Shown piece by piece: positions 44,577 through 56,136 of a DNA stretch of 64,000 nucleotides. How positions within the stretch are numbered: position 1 is the first letter of the stretch; every line of letters begins with the position of its first letter. Made by a program: the position numbers and the translations under genes. The stretch is from Escherichia coli (GTDB lineage: Bacteria; Pseudomonadota; Gammaproteobacteria; Enterobacterales; Enterobacteriaceae), in assembly GCF_041248615.1 (NCBI RefSeq), contig NZ_CP158426.1, one strand, 5' to 3'. The notes under the pieces are model-generated. The model worked only from the letters and a program-made list of their open reading frames with translations. It did not search any database and was not told where the DNA came from.

Positions 44577-45593
44577 ATGAGTGCCCACTATTTTAATCCA
44601 CAAGAGATGATCAATAAGACAATCATCTTCGATGAAAGGCCAGCGGCGTCAGTGGCATCATCATTCCATGTTGCTTATGGCATTGATAAAAACTTTCTTT
44701 TTGGTTGTGGTGTTTCAATCACGTCAGTTTTGTTACATAACAGCGACGTGAGTTTTGTTTTCCACGTTTTTATTGATGATATCCCTGAAGCCGATATCCA
44801 GCGTTTAGCCCAATTGGCGAAAAGCTATCGTACCTGTATCCAGATCCATCTAGTAAATTGTGAACGGCTTAAGGCATTACCGACGACCAAAAATTGGTCT
44901 ATTGCCATGTATTTCCGTTTTGTAATTGCAGATTACTTTATTGATCAACAAGATAAGATCCTTTACCTGGATGCTGATATCGCCTGTCAGGGAAACTTAA
45001 AGCCGCTGATAACAATGGATCTTGCCAATAACGTTGCTGCTGTTGTTACTGAACGCGATGCTAACTGGTGGTCGTTACGGGGTCAAAGTCTGCAGTGTAA
45101 TGAACTTGAAAAGGGTTACTTTAATTCAGGTGTCCTGTTAATTAATACACTAGCGTGGGCGCAGGAGTCCGTTTCTGCTAAAGCGATGTCGATGCTTGCT
45201 GATAAAGCCATCGTTTCCCGTTTAACCTATATGGATCAAGATATCCTTAATCTTATCCTGTTAGGGAAAGTTAAATTCATTGATGCTAAATACAATACGC
45301 AATTTAGTTTAAATTATGAATTAAAAAAATCATTTGTTTGTCCAATTAATGATGAAACCGTATTAATTCATTATGTCGGCCCGACAAAACCCTGGCATTA
45401 CTGGGCCGGTTATCCAAGTGCGCAACCTTTTATCAAAGCCAAAGAAGCATCGCCCTGGAAAAATGAACCGTTAATGCGGCCAGTTAACTCAAACTATGCT
45501 CGTTATTGCGCTAAGCATAATTTTAAACAAAATAAACCAATTAACGGGATAATGAATTATATTTATTATTTTTATTTAAAGATAATAAAATGA
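44577..45593 (+). CDS. waaO: GT8-family outer-core glycosyltransferase (WaaO-like by position)
   Basis: 338-aa ORF, GT8-like DxD region (LYLDADI); first of three paralogous GT8 genes; symbol by synteny only. Confidence 0.6.
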   Translation: MSAHYFNPQEMINKTIIFDERPAASVASSFHVAYGIDKNFLFGCGVSITSVLLHNSDVSFVFHVFIDDIPEADIQRLAQLAKSYRTCIQIHLVNCERLKALPTTKNWSIAMYFRFVIADYFIDQQDKILYLDADIACQGNLKPLITMDLANNVAAVVTERDANWWSLRGQSLQCNELEKGYFNSGVLLINTLAWAQESVSAKAMSMLADKAIVSRLTYMDQDILNLILLGKVKFIDAKYNTQFSLNYELKKSFVCPINDETVLIHYVGPTKPWHYWAGYPSAQPFIKAKEASPWKNEPLMRPVNSNYARYCAKHNFKQNKPINGIMNYIYYFYLKIIK

Positions 45594-45609
45594 AATTGAG
45601 AAAAGTTAA

Positions 45610-46605
45610 ATGAATGAATTTATAAAAGAACGGTTTTCGTATTTAGCCGATAATAAAAAAGAAAACGCCCCAGAGCTAAATGTTTCCTACGGTATCGATA
45701 AGAATTTTTTGTATGGTGCTGGCGTTTCAATTTCTTCCGTTTTGATTAATAATTCAGATATTAATTTTGTCTTTCATGTTTTCACTGATTATGTGGATGA
45801 TGATTATTTAAAGTCATTTAATGAAACAGCAAAACAATTTAATACCTCAATTATTGTATATTTAATTGACCCCAAATACTTTGCTGATCTGCCGACGTCA
45901 CAGTTTTGGTCGTACGCGACATACTTCAGGGTATTGTCTTTTGAATATCTGAGTGAAAGTATTTCCACACTGCTGTATCTGGATGCCGATGTTGTTTGTA
46001 AAGGAAGCCTGAAACCTCTCACAGAAATTATATTTAAAGATGAGTTTGCTGCGGTCGTTCCTGACAATGATAGTACTCAGGCGGCATGTGCAAAACGTCT
46101 TAACATTCCCGAAATGAATGGACGTTATTTCAATGCAGGCGTTATCTATGTCAATCTTAAAAAATGGCATGAAGCAAATTTGACACCGTATTTACTCACG
46201 CTTTTACGAGGTGAAACTAAATATGGCTCTCTTAAATATTTAGATCAGGATGCGTTGAATATCGCATTTAATATGAATAATATCTACCTTGCGAAGGATT
46301 TTGATACTATTTATACCCTGAAAAACGAACTTTATGATCGTAGTCATCGAAAGTATCAGCAAACCATTACCGATAAAACAGTGTTGATTCACTATACAGG
46401 GATAACTAAACCATGGCATAGCTGGGCTGGATATCCGTCTGCATCATACTTTAATATCGCGCGTGAACAATCTCCCTGGAAGAAATATCCTCTTAAAGAG
46501 GCGCGGACTGTTGCAGAAATGCAGAAACAATATAAGCATCTGTTTGCCCATGGTGAGTATATAAAAGGCATAACTTCATTAATTAAGTACAAGCTTAAGA
46601 AATAA
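45610..46605 (+). CDS. waaT: GT8-family outer-core glycosyltransferase (WaaT-like by position)
   Basis: 331-aa GT8 paralogue (LYLDADVVCKG); symbol by synteny only. Confidence 0.55.
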   Translation: MNEFIKERFSYLADNKKENAPELNVSYGIDKNFLYGAGVSISSVLINNSDINFVFHVFTDYVDDDYLKSFNETAKQFNTSIIVYLIDPKYFADLPTSQFWSYATYFRVLSFEYLSESISTLLYLDADVVCKGSLKPLTEIIFKDEFAAVVPDNDSTQAACAKRLNIPEMNGRYFNAGVIYVNLKKWHEANLTPYLLTLLRGETKYGSLKYLDQDALNIAFNMNNIYLAKDFDTIYTLKNELYDRSHRKYQQTITDKTVLIHYTGITKPWHSWAGYPSASYFNIAREQSPWKKYPLKEARTVAEMQKQYKHLFAHGEYIKGITSLIKYKLKK

Positions 46606-46614
46606 ATTACTCTT

Positions 46615-47307
46615 ATGATTACAAGTATACGCTATCGCGGCTTCTCATTTTATTACAAAGATAACGATAATAAATATAAAGAAATCTTTGATGAAATACT
46701 GGCCTATAATTTTAAAACAGTAAAAGTATTACGTAATATTGATGATACCAAAGTATCGTTGATTGATACGAAATATGGTCGCTATGTTTTTAAAGTCTTT
46801 GCCCCGAAAACGAAAAGGAATGAACGTTTTTTAAAATCTTTTGTAAAAGGTGACTACTATCAGAATTTGATCGTTGAAACCGATCGTGTCAGAAGTGCAG
46901 GTCTTACTTTTCCTAATGATTTTTATTTTCTGGCTGAGCGTAAAATTTTCAACTATGCCAGTGTTTTTATCATGCTTATCGAGTATGTCGAGGGCGTAGA
47001 GCTCAATGATATGCCGATTATTCCAGAAGATGTTAAAGCAGAAATTAAGGCTTCAATGGAAAAATTGCATGCCTTAAATATGCTATCGGGCGACCCACAC
47101 CGGGGTAACTTTATCGTTAGTAAAGATGGTGTCAGGATAATTGACCTATCCGGTAAAAGCTGTACGGCAGAGCGGAAAGCCCGTGATCGTCTGGCCATGG
47201 AACGTCACCTGGGTATTACCAACGAAATAAAAGATTATGGCTACTATTCAGTAATCTACAGAACCAAACTACGCAAATTTATTAAAAAATTAAAAGGCAA
47301 AGCGTAA
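46615..47307 (+). CDS. waaY: LPS core heptose(II) kinase WaaY
   Basis: 230-aa kinase-like ORF between GT8 genes. Confidence 0.75.
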   Translation: MITSIRYRGFSFYYKDNDNKYKEIFDEILAYNFKTVKVLRNIDDTKVSLIDTKYGRYVFKVFAPKTKRNERFLKSFVKGDYYQNLIVETDRVRSAGLTFPNDFYFLAERKIFNYASVFIMLIEYVEGVELNDMPIIPEDVKAEIKASMEKLHALNMLSGDPHRGNFIVSKDGVRIIDLSGKSCTAERKARDRLAMERHLGITNEIKDYGYYSVIYRTKLRKFIKKLKGKA

Positions 47308-47332
47308 ACCACACAGTCAAAACGGAACCAAC

Positions 47333-48361
47333 ATGGATTTATTAGCTGAGAGTATTACTGAAGTCGCTGTCTCTGGGGAAATTGCTAACACCGATCGTGT
47401 GTTAAATATCGCTTACGGTATTGACCGTAATTTTTTATTTGGTGCGGCCGTATCTATGCAATCAGTTGTTATGCATAACCCGGACCTTGCGGTTAAGTTT
47501 CATCTCTTTACCGACTACATTGATGAAGATTATCTACAACGTGTTAACGCTTTTACCAGCAAAAATGCTAACGTTGAAGTAAGAATTTATAAAGTCTCCA
47601 GTGCCTTTATTGATATTTTCCCCAGCCTGAAACAGTGGTCTTATGCAACATTCTTCCGTTTAGTTGCGTTCCAGTATCTGAGTGAAACTATTGAAAATCT
47701 GTTATATATCGATGCTGATGTCATCTGTAAAGGCTCATTAGCTGGATTGCTTGATATCAATTTTGATGGCGATAAGTTCGCAGCTGTTATTAAAGATGTG
47801 CCTTTTATGCAGGAAAAACCAGCGAAGCGTCTGGCTATAGAGGGACTTCCAGGTAATTATTTCAACGCCGGTGTAGTATATCTGCAGCTTGAAGCATGGG
47901 CGAAAAATGATTTTATGAATAAAGCCATTGCTATGCTGGCAAGTGACCCGCAGCATACGAAGTATAAATGCCTTGATCAGGATATTTTAAATATTCTGTT
48001 CTTTGGTCATTGTATTTTTATTAGCGGCGATTATGATTGCTTTTATGGCATTGACTATGAGTTAAAAAATAAAAGCGATGAAGATTATAAAAAGACCATT
48101 ACCGATGATACTAAGCTGATTCATTATGTTGGCGTAACGAAGCCCTGGAACGACTGGACGAATTATCCCTGCCAGAAGTATTTTAATGAGGCTTATCAGG
48201 CTTCTTGCTGGAATGATGTGGCGTTTATTCCAGCCACGAATGAAAAGCAGTATCAAGTGAAATCCAGACATTTGAAAAGAAATGGTAATATTGCATCTTC
48301 ATTTTACTATTTCATGCTCTATTATAGTAAGAAAATAGCGCGTAAGCATTTTTCCAAATAA
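47333..48361 (+). CDS. waaW: GT8-family outer-core glycosyltransferase (WaaW-like by position)
   Basis: 342-aa GT8 paralogue (LYIDADVICKG); symbol by synteny only. Confidence 0.55.
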   Translation: MDLLAESITEVAVSGEIANTDRVLNIAYGIDRNFLFGAAVSMQSVVMHNPDLAVKFHLFTDYIDEDYLQRVNAFTSKNANVEVRIYKVSSAFIDIFPSLKQWSYATFFRLVAFQYLSETIENLLYIDADVICKGSLAGLLDINFDGDKFAAVIKDVPFMQEKPAKRLAIEGLPGNYFNAGVVYLQLEAWAKNDFMNKAIAMLASDPQHTKYKCLDQDILNILFFGHCIFISGDYDCFYGIDYELKNKSDEDYKKTITDDTKLIHYVGVTKPWNDWTNYPCQKYFNEAYQASCWNDVAFIPATNEKQYQVKSRHLKRNGNIASSFYYFMLYYSKKIARKHFSK

Positions 48362-48392
48362 TTATTAAGATTAATCACCCAGAGATTTTTTA

Positions 48393-49166
48393 ATGAACTT
48401 GCCCATTTATATTGTCTCACTTAAAAGAGATATTGAGCGAAGAAATAAAATAAATGATGTTTTTCATCGATTAAATATTAATTTTGATTTTTTTGATGCC
48501 ATAGATGCTAAAGACCCTCAAAATAAAGAAATTATTGATAAAATGAGATTAAGTGGTGTCGGCGCAGAAATGACTGATGGAGAAATTGCTTGTACATTAA
48601 GTCATCAGCTTATATATAAGGATATGATAGATAAAAATATAGAATGGGCAGTCATTCTCGAGGATGATGTTATCGTCAATGAGAAATTTAAAAAATTTCT
48701 GCAATATTTTAATCTTCCTGAAAAAGACAAGTTAAAACATAATAATTTGTATTTGCTTGGAGGACAGAAAGGATTACATGATTATCCGGTATTGGGGCAA
48801 AGCCTTTTTAGTAAAGTTAAGGTAAGTACTTGTACTTTTCGGCGTGTTAATTTCAATAAAAATAAAATTCGTCGTACATGTTCATATTTGATGAATAAAG
48901 ATATGGCACAAAAGTTGCTCAAATTGACAAAGGATTATGGCACCTATCGAGCTGATAGCTGGAAGTTAATGCATCAACATAATATTATAAAAGAGTTTTA
49001 TTTAGACGAAATAATATTACATCCTATTTTAAATGAGTTTAATAGTCATCTTGAAAGTGAAAGGCTATTAACATCGGAAAAAAAACAACCTAGAACAAGG
49101 CTTCAGAAAAGAATGAAGTTTATACGCTCCTGGATAAAGGTGGCTTTTTTTTCTCTTTTGAAATGA
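48393..49166 (+). CDS. GT25-family LPS beta-glycosyltransferase (WaaX-like; WaaV alternative)
   Basis: 257-aa ORF with LgtB/Lic2A-like pattern IYIVSLKRDIERRNKI ... VILEDDVIV. Confidence 0.6.
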   Translation: MNLPIYIVSLKRDIERRNKINDVFHRLNINFDFFDAIDAKDPQNKEIIDKMRLSGVGAEMTDGEIACTLSHQLIYKDMIDKNIEWAVILEDDVIVNEKFKKFLQYFNLPEKDKLKHNNLYLLGGQKGLHDYPVLGQSLFSKVKVSTCTFRRVNFNKNKIRRTCSYLMNKDMAQKLLKLTKDYGTYRADSWKLMHQHNIIKEFYLDEIILHPILNEFNSHLESERLLTSEKKQPRTRLQKRMKFIRSWIKVAFFSLLK

Positions 49167-49200
49167 GATTGTTAATTTCAATTTGTTGTGAGATATTAAC

Positions 49201-50454
49201 GTGGAAGTAAAAATTGAGCAATTTCGAAATAATAGCTGTAATTTTATTTTTTTATTGTATTTAATCGGTTTGTTGTTTGTGCCAATTGATCTTAATATCA
49301 CCACTAAAATAATTAATGCGACAGGTGCATTTTCTCTTTTCTTATTAATTGTAAATAAAAAGCACAATTATAATAAAAATGTCATTATATTAATTCTTGG
49401 TTTACTTCTTTTGGGTGCAATGAACCTTATATGGTATGAATTTTATAAAACAGAAGATGTAGTATATAGAAATGCTTATCGAGGCTACCTTGAGTCTGGA
49501 AAACTATTAGTATTTAGCTCGTTGACATTTTTATTACTAAGTAAAAATAAATTCAGGCAAAATGAAAAACTACATTTTATTTCAGCTATCTTAGTTCAAA
49601 TAATCATGCTATGTAGAGCATATTATCAAGGGATATATTTGCATGCAGACCGCATTCCCCTCTCCGCCATGAATGGGAATATTGGTCAGATGGGGGCAGC
49701 GACTATTGCGGCTTATGTGATTACATTTACAACTTTATATTCTTCAATTGTATTCATAAAAATGAAATCGAAATATAAATGGTTTCTATTTTATGCTAAC
49801 TTTGCTTTAAGCTTTGCAGCAGTAATGATGACAGGAACGCGTGCGGCAATTTTCACATTCCCACTTATGATTATGGTCATATTATTTCTTCAGCATCGTG
49901 ATCAAAAAGTGTTTTTATTTAAAGGATTGAGTGGTGTTTTTATATTGCTACTTGCTTGTGGTTTGATATTTAATAAGGAAATTGATAGGCGAATTAATTC
50001 ATTAAAAGCTGATGTTATTTCATATGCTACAAAAAATAACAGTCAATCCTCGGTCGGAGCACGTTTTGCAATGGTTAATGCAGGAATTAAAGGAAGTCCT
50101 GATGGTTTTAATTGGCAATCTCTTGAGCAGCGTGCTGAAAAGATAAAAGCATTAAGTGCAGAAAATAATATTTATAGTGGAGCTTTATTATTCCTTGATG
50201 TACATATGCATAACGAAATTGTGGAATCTCTTTCCACGAAAGGAAAAATTGGTCTTCTTGTTCTTATTATGTTCTATGTTGCAATGATCTATTACTGTAT
50301 ACGAGAGAAAAAATATATACTCTTGGTTTTCCCTGCTTCTATTATGTTATTTGGCATTAGTGATGTCATTACACATGCTAAACCAATACCGGCATCGTGG
50401 ATTGTGTGCCTCTTCCTGTCTATATCGTTTTTGAGTAAAAATGAACCACAATAA
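49201..50454 (+). CDS. waaL: O-antigen ligase WaaL
   Basis: 417-aa polytopic membrane ORF (GTG start; true start uncertain), same strand as the waaQ operon; AT-rich. Confidence 0.75.
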   Translation: MEVKIEQFRNNSCNFIFLLYLIGLLFVPIDLNITTKIINATGAFSLFLLIVNKKHNYNKNVIILILGLLLLGAMNLIWYEFYKTEDVVYRNAYRGYLESGKLLVFSSLTFLLLSKNKFRQNEKLHFISAILVQIIMLCRAYYQGIYLHADRIPLSAMNGNIGQMGAATIAAYVITFTTLYSSIVFIKMKSKYKWFLFYANFALSFAAVMMTGTRAAIFTFPLMIMVILFLQHRDQKVFLFKGLSGVFILLLACGLIFNKEIDRRINSLKADVISYATKNNSQSSVGARFAMVNAGIKGSPDGFNWQSLEQRAEKIKALSAENNIYSGALLFLDVHMHNEIVESLSTKGKIGLLVLIMFYVAMIYYCIREKKYILLVFPASIMLFGISDVITHAKPIPASWIVCLFLSISFLSKNEPQ

Positions 50455-50501
50455 TAAAAGCGTTGACTAAGTAAGTGGGTATAATGCCCACTTACTATTT
50501 A

Positions 50502-51461
50502 TTAAATTAATGTGATTTTTTTATAAACAGCCGCTGCTTCTAAATTATTTAAATTCATTAGCGGAGCCCTACAAACCACCTGATTCTTCCCATATCCGCC
50601 AATTAATCCCGGATCGGTTGGTCCATAAACCGTGATATTCGGTCTATCCAGTGCCGCCGTTAAATGGCTTAACCCCGTATCCACCGACACTACAAATTTA
50701 GCCCCGGCCAGTACGCGGGCAACGCCTTCCAGACTCATCTTCGGCAATACTTCAACATAAGCAAATCCTTCCGCCAGTCGTTTCGCCCGTTCTTCCTCAT
50801 GCGGCGCGCCCCACGGAAGTTTAATCCGTATTCCTGAATCAGCCAGTAAACCAATCAATTCTCGCCAGTGTTCTTCCGGCCAGTGTTTATCATCACGGGT
50901 CGTCGCATGAAGAAATACGGCATATTCGCCAGCATCTGTAGGCAGGTTCGTCAGGAAATGTTGTGCGATAGCATAATCACCTTGGGTTTGCGGTTTGCTA
51001 TAGCCCAAACTTTTGGCAAACAGTTCGCGGGTGCGTTCTACGGCGTGCTGCTGTTTTGCAATATGATGCTTACGATTGTAAAACAGGCTGGCTAACGGTT
51101 CTCGAACGGTTTGCCAGTCCATGCCATGCTTTACGCCATGCGCCAGACGCGTCACCAGCGCCGCGCTTTTTACCAGCCCCTGAGCGTCGATAACTGCGTC
51201 ATAGTTCTCTGCTTGTAGCGCTTCACGAAACGCTTTGCGTTCAGCTTTTATGGGGGCCGAGAACCAGGCTTTACGCCAGCGACGTATTGCCACAGGAATA
51301 ACTCGCTCAACGGCGGCGTGCCAGGAAGGAATCTGTGCGAACCCTTCTTCCACCACCCAGTCAAACTTAATCCCTGGGATTGCCTGCTGGGCATCAGTGA
51401 GTGCGGGCAGCGTATGGAGAACATCGCCCATCGACGATGTTTTAACGATCAAAACCCGCAT
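50502..51461 (-). CDS. waaC: LPS heptosyltransferase I WaaC
   Basis: 319-aa GT9 ORF MRVLIVKTSSMGDVLHTLPALTD. Confidence 0.9.
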   Translation of the reverse strand: MRVLIVKTSSMGDVLHTLPALTDAQQAIPGIKFDWVVEEGFAQIPSWHAAVERVIPVAIRRWRKAWFSAPIKAERKAFREALQAENYDAVIDAQGLVKSAALVTRLAHGVKHGMDWQTVREPLASLFYNRKHHIAKQQHAVERTRELFAKSLGYSKPQTQGDYAIAQHFLTNLPTDAGEYAVFLHATTRDDKHWPEEHWRELIGLLADSGIRIKLPWGAPHEEERAKRLAEGFAYVEVLPKMSLEGVARVLAGAKFVVSVDTGLSHLTAALDRPNITVYGPTDPGLIGGYGKNQVVCRAPLMNLNNLEAAAVYKKITLI

Positions 51462-51464
51462 CCG

Positions 51465-52511
51465 TCAGGCTTCCTCTTGTAACAATAGCGCGTTGAGTTC
51501 TTCCAGTACGCGCTGGGGAGTAATGTCGATCAAGCTCTGGTGATAACCCTCCGCAGCGTCACCTTTACGCACTTTGTGATAGCCGGTAATCAGGCGGATC
51601 ACGCGTGCTTTATGGGATAGCGGCGGTGTGAAGTCCGGGCTACTCGGACCATACAAGGCAACCAGCGGACGATTGAGCGCCGCCGCAACGTGCATCAGTC
51701 CAGAATCGTTAGTGACAATGGCTTTACAGGCTGCAATCAGGATAACCGCTTGATCAAGCTGTGTTTCCCCTGCCAGGTTCCGGCACCATGCCTGCTGCTC
51801 GGTATTTAAAGCGGCAAGAATCTCATTGCCCGCTTCATGATCTTTCGCCGAGCCAAACAGAACCACCTGATAACCTTCATCAATCAGCTGCTTTGCCAGC
51901 TCCGCATAGTGGTAGTGTGGCCAGCGTTTTGCCGGACCAAACTCCGCACCCGGGCAAAAGCCAATCATCGGACGTTCTGATGAAAGCGAAAATTGATTAC
52001 AGGTATATGATTTTTCACCTTCGCTCACCTGCAACTGCGGCCATAACAATGGCTGCGGCAGATCTTGTGCTGTACGCATAATGCCTTTGTCATAGGCCAG
52101 CGCGACATAGCGTTCCACCATTAGCGGCCAGGCTTCTTTATTGAGCACGCGTACATCGTTGAGTAAACCGTAGCGCATCTCGCCGCGCCAGCCGGTGCGA
52201 TGAGGAATACCCGCGAAGAAAGGCACTAATGCGGATTTGAAGGAGTTGGGTAAGACGTAGGCGCGGTCGTAGCGCTTTTCACGCAGACTATGACCCAGTT
52301 TGCGGCGTTCGCCGATTTCCAGCGCTCCGTGACCGAGAGGCATAGGAATAGCTTCGTTAACTTCCGGCATCCGCGATAATAATGGACGGCACCATGCCGG
52401 TGCCATCACGTCGATTATCGCCTGGGGATAGCGCGCCTGGAGCGTGCGATAGAGACTTTGCGACATCATCATGTCGCCAACCCAAGACGGGCCGATCACC
52501 AGTATTTTCAT
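51465..52511 (-). CDS. waaF: LPS heptosyltransferase II WaaF
   Basis: 348-aa GT9 ORF MKILVIGPSWVGDMMMSQSLYRTL. Confidence 0.92.
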   Translation of the reverse strand: MKILVIGPSWVGDMMMSQSLYRTLQARYPQAIIDVMAPAWCRPLLSRMPEVNEAIPMPLGHGALEIGERRKLGHSLREKRYDRAYVLPNSFKSALVPFFAGIPHRTGWRGEMRYGLLNDVRVLNKEAWPLMVERYVALAYDKGIMRTAQDLPQPLLWPQLQVSEGEKSYTCNQFSLSSERPMIGFCPGAEFGPAKRWPHYHYAELAKQLIDEGYQVVLFGSAKDHEAGNEILAALNTEQQAWCRNLAGETQLDQAVILIAACKAIVTNDSGLMHVAAALNRPLVALYGPSSPDFTPPLSHKARVIRLITGYHKVRKGDAAEGYHQSLIDITPQRVLEELNALLLQEEA

Positions 52512-52520
52512 GCAGAGCTC

Positions 52521-53453
52521 TTATGCGTCGCGATTCAGCCAGGCCATGTATTCCGTTACACCTTCAGCAACGGTTTTGAACGGTTTGTCGTAACCCGCCG
52601 CGCGCAGATTCGTCAGATCTGCCTGAGTGAACGCCTGATAGCGGCCTTTCAGTTTATCCGGGAACGGAATGTATTCGATCTGGCCTTTCTTGTGATAAGC
52701 AAGCGTTGCATCGGCTACAGCCTGGAAGGATTCCGCACGACCGGTGCCGAGGTTGAAGATGCCGGAAACGCCATTTTCCAGGAACCACAGGTTTACATCT
52801 GCCACGTCGCCCACATAGACGAAGTCACGTTTGAAGTTCTCGCTACCTTCGAACAGCTTCGGTGATTCACCGTTATTAAGCTGGGTGTTGAGATGGAAAG
52901 CGACGCTCGCCATGCTGCCTTTATGGCCTTCACGCGGTCCATAAACGTTGAAATAGCGGAAGCCAACAATCTGCGAGTTCGCTTCTGGCAGGATTTGACG
53001 AACATATTCATCAAACAGGAATTTTGAGTAACCGTAGACGTTCAACGGTTTTTCGTACTCGCGGGATTCAATAAAGTCGGAGGTGCGTCCGCCGTAAGTG
53101 GCTGCGGAAGAAGCGTACAGGAACGGGATTTCGCGCTCCAGACAGTAGTGCAGCAGCTCTTTGGAGTATTGATAGTTGTTATCCATCATATACTTGCCAT
53201 CCCACTCGGTGGTGGAAGAGCACGCGCCTTCGTGGAAAATCGCTTCGACATCGCCGAACTCTTCGCCAGCCATAATCTGGATCAGGAAGTCTTCCTTATC
53301 CATATAGTCCGCGATATCCAGATCCACCAGGTTCACAAACTTGGTGCCGTCTTTCAGGTTGTCCACCACCAGAATATCGGTGATGCCTTTATCATTCAGG
53401 GCCTTAACGATGTTGCTGCCGATAAAGCCCGCGCCGCCGGTAACGATGATCAT
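52521..53453 (-). CDS. hldD: ADP-L-glycero-D-manno-heptose 6-epimerase
   Basis: 310-aa [26 protein letters not shown] (Rossmann GxxGxxG). Confidence 0.93.
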
Positions 53454-53666
53454 AACTGTAACCTTCGAATTATGGAGTCAGAGACAATCTCAGACACGAA
53501 TGCTTCTATCATATCACTACACGGCGTTGGCTTCAGCCATTCGCCAAAAGTGAGATTGATGGACGTTATTTATCCTGAATTTTGCAGAAGTGTTAACGCG
53601 TCATCTCGTCGCGACCTATAAGTTTGGGTAATATGTGCTGGAATTTGCCCTGTCTGGAGAATCGCA

Positions 53667-54863
53667 ATGCGTGGAGAATTTTATCAGCAGTTAACCAACG
53701 ATCTGGAAACCGCACGGGCGGAAGGGTTGTTTAAAGAAGAGCGCATTATTACGTCTGCGCAGCAAGCAGATATCACTGTGGCTGATGGAAGCCACGTCAT
53801 TAACTTTTGTGCCAATAACTATCTCGGACTGGCGAATCATCCGGATCTGATTGCGGCGGCAAAGGCGGGAATGGATTCTCACGGTTTCGGCATGGCTTCG
53901 GTGCGTTTTATTTGCGGCACTCAGGACAGCCATAAAGAGCTTGAACAAAAACTGGCGGCCTTCCTGGGGATGGAAGATGCGATTCTCTACTCTTCCTGCT
54001 TTGATGCTAACGGTGGCCTGTTCGAAACGCTGTTGGGCGCGGAAGACGCCATTATCTCCGATGCACTGAACCACGCGTCTATTATTGATGGTGTGCGTCT
54101 GTGCAAAGCTAAACGCTATCGTTATGCCAACAACGATATGCAGGAGCTGGAAGCACGTCTGAAAGAAGCGCGTGAAGCCGGTGCGCGTCATGTGCTGATT
54201 GCCACCGATGGTGTGTTCTCGATGGACGGCGTGATTGCCAACCTGAAAGGCGTTTGCGATCTCGCAGATAAATATGATGCCCTGGTGATGGTAGATGACT
54301 CCCACGCGGTAGGTTTTGTCGGTGAAAACGGTCGTGGTTCCCATGAATACTGCGATGTGATGGGCCGGGTCGATATTATCACCGGCACGCTCGGTAAAGC
54401 GCTGGGCGGGGCTTCTGGTGGTTATACCGCGGCGCGCAAAGAAGTGGTTGAGTGGCTGCGCCAGCGTTCTCGTCCGTACCTGTTCTCCAACTCGCTGGCA
54501 CCGGCCATTGTTGCCGCTTCCATCAAAGTGCTGGAGATGGTTGAAGCGGGTAGCGAGCTGCGTGACCGTCTGTGGGCGAACGCGCGTCAGTTCCGTGAGC
54601 AAATGTCGGCGGCGGGCTTTACCCTGGCGGGAGCCGATCACGCCATTATTCCGGTCATGCTTGGCGATGCAGTAGTGGCGCAGAAATTTGCCCGTGAGCT
54701 GCAAAAAGAGGGCATTTACGTCACCGGTTTCTTCTATCCGGTCGTTCCGAAAGGTCAGGCGCGTATTCGTACCCAGATGTCTGCGGCGCATACCCCTGAG
54801 CAAATTACGCGTGCAGTAGAAGCATTCACGCGTATTGGTAAACAACTGGGCGTTATCGCCTGA
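53667..54863 (+). CDS. kbl: 2-amino-3-ketobutyrate CoA ligase
   Basis: 398-aa PLP-enzyme-like ORF; upstream of tdh. Confidence 0.93.
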   Translation: MRGEFYQQLTNDLETARAEGLFKEERIITSAQQADITVADGSHVINFCANNYLGLANHPDLIAAAKAGMDSHGFGMASVRFICGTQDSHKELEQKLAAFLGMEDAILYSSCFDANGGLFETLLGAEDAIISDALNHASIIDGVRLCKAKRYRYANNDMQELEARLKEAREAGARHVLIATDGVFSMDGVIANLKGVCDLADKYDALVMVDDSHAVGFVGENGRGSHEYCDVMGRVDIITGTLGKALGGASGGYTAARKEVVEWLRQRSRPYLFSNSLAPAIVAASIKVLEMVEAGSELRDRLWANARQFREQMSAAGFTLAGADHAIIPVMLGDAVVAQKFARELQKEGIYVTGFFYPVVPKGQARIRTQMSAAHTPEQITRAVEAFTRIGKQLGVIA

Positions 54864-54872
54864 GGATGTGAG

Positions 54873-55898
54873 ATGAAAGCGTTATCCAAACTGAAAGCGG
54901 AAGAGGGCATCTGGATGACCGACGTTCCTGTACCGGAACTCGGGCATAACGATCTGCTGATTAAAATCCGTAAAACAGCCATCTGCGGGACTGACGTTCA
55001 CATCTATAACTGGGATGAGTGGTCGCAAAAAACCATCCCGGTGCCGATGGTCGTGGGCCATGAATATGTCGGTGAAGTGGTAGGTATTGGTCAGGAAGTG
55101 AAAGGCTTCAAGATTGGCGATCGCGTTTCTGGCGAAGGCCATATCACCTGCGGTCACTGTCGCAACTGTCGTGGCGGTCGTACCCATCTGTGCCGCAACA
55201 CGATCGGCGTCGGCGTTAACCGTCCGGGCTGCTTCGCCGAGTATCTGGTGATTCCGGCGTTCAACGCTTTCAAAATCCCCGACAATATCTCCGATGATCT
55301 GGCTTCCATTTTTGATCCCTTCGGTAACGCCGTGCATACCGCGCTGTCGTTCGATCTGGTGGGTGAAGATGTGCTGGTCTCTGGTGCAGGCCCGATTGGT
55401 ATTATGGCGGCGGCGGTGGCGAAACACGTTGGTGCACGTAACGTGGTGATTACTGATGTTAACGAATACCGCCTTGAGTTGGCGCGTAAAATGGGTATCA
55501 CCCGTGCGGTTAACGTCGCTAAAGAGAACCTCAATGATGTGATGGCAGAACTGGGCATGACCGAAGGCTTTGATGTCGGTCTGGAAATGTCCGGTGCGCC
55601 GCCAGCGTTTCGTACCATGCTCGACACCATGAACCACGGCGGTCGTATTGCGATGCTGGGTATTCCACCGTCTGATATGTCTATCGACTGGACCAAAGTG
55701 ATCTTTAAAGGCTTGTTCATTAAAGGTATTTACGGTCGTGAGATGTTTGAAACCTGGTACAAGATGGCGGCGCTGATTCAGTCTGGCCTCGATCTTTCGC
55801 CGATCATTACCCATCGTTTCTCTATCGATGATTTCCAGAAGGGCTTTGACGCCATGCGTTCGGGCCAGTCCGGGAAAGTTATCCTGAGCTGGGATTAA
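54873..55898 (+). CDS. tdh: L-threonine 3-dehydrogenase
   Basis: 341-aa zinc-ADH-like [35 protein letters not shown]. Confidence 0.93.
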
Positions 55899-55905
55899 CA
55901 CAAAC

Positions 55906-55930
55906 AAGGGCTGGTATTCCAGCCCTTTTT
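55906..55930 (+). terminator. Intrinsic terminator after kbl-tdh
   Basis: AAGGGCTGGTATTCCAGCCCTT followed by T-run. Confidence 0.7.
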
Positions 55931-56136
55931 CCTGAGGATAATCTGTTAAATATGTAAAATGCTGTCAGTAAAATAAAGAATGGGTAATTGCGCTGATCTC
56001 TTATATAGCTGTTCTCATTATCTCTCTACCCTGAAGTGACTCTCTCACCTGTAAAAATAATATCTCACAGGCTTAATAGTTTCTTAATACAAAGCCTGTA
56101 AAACGTCAGGATAACTTCAGAGGTAGTCGGTAATTT

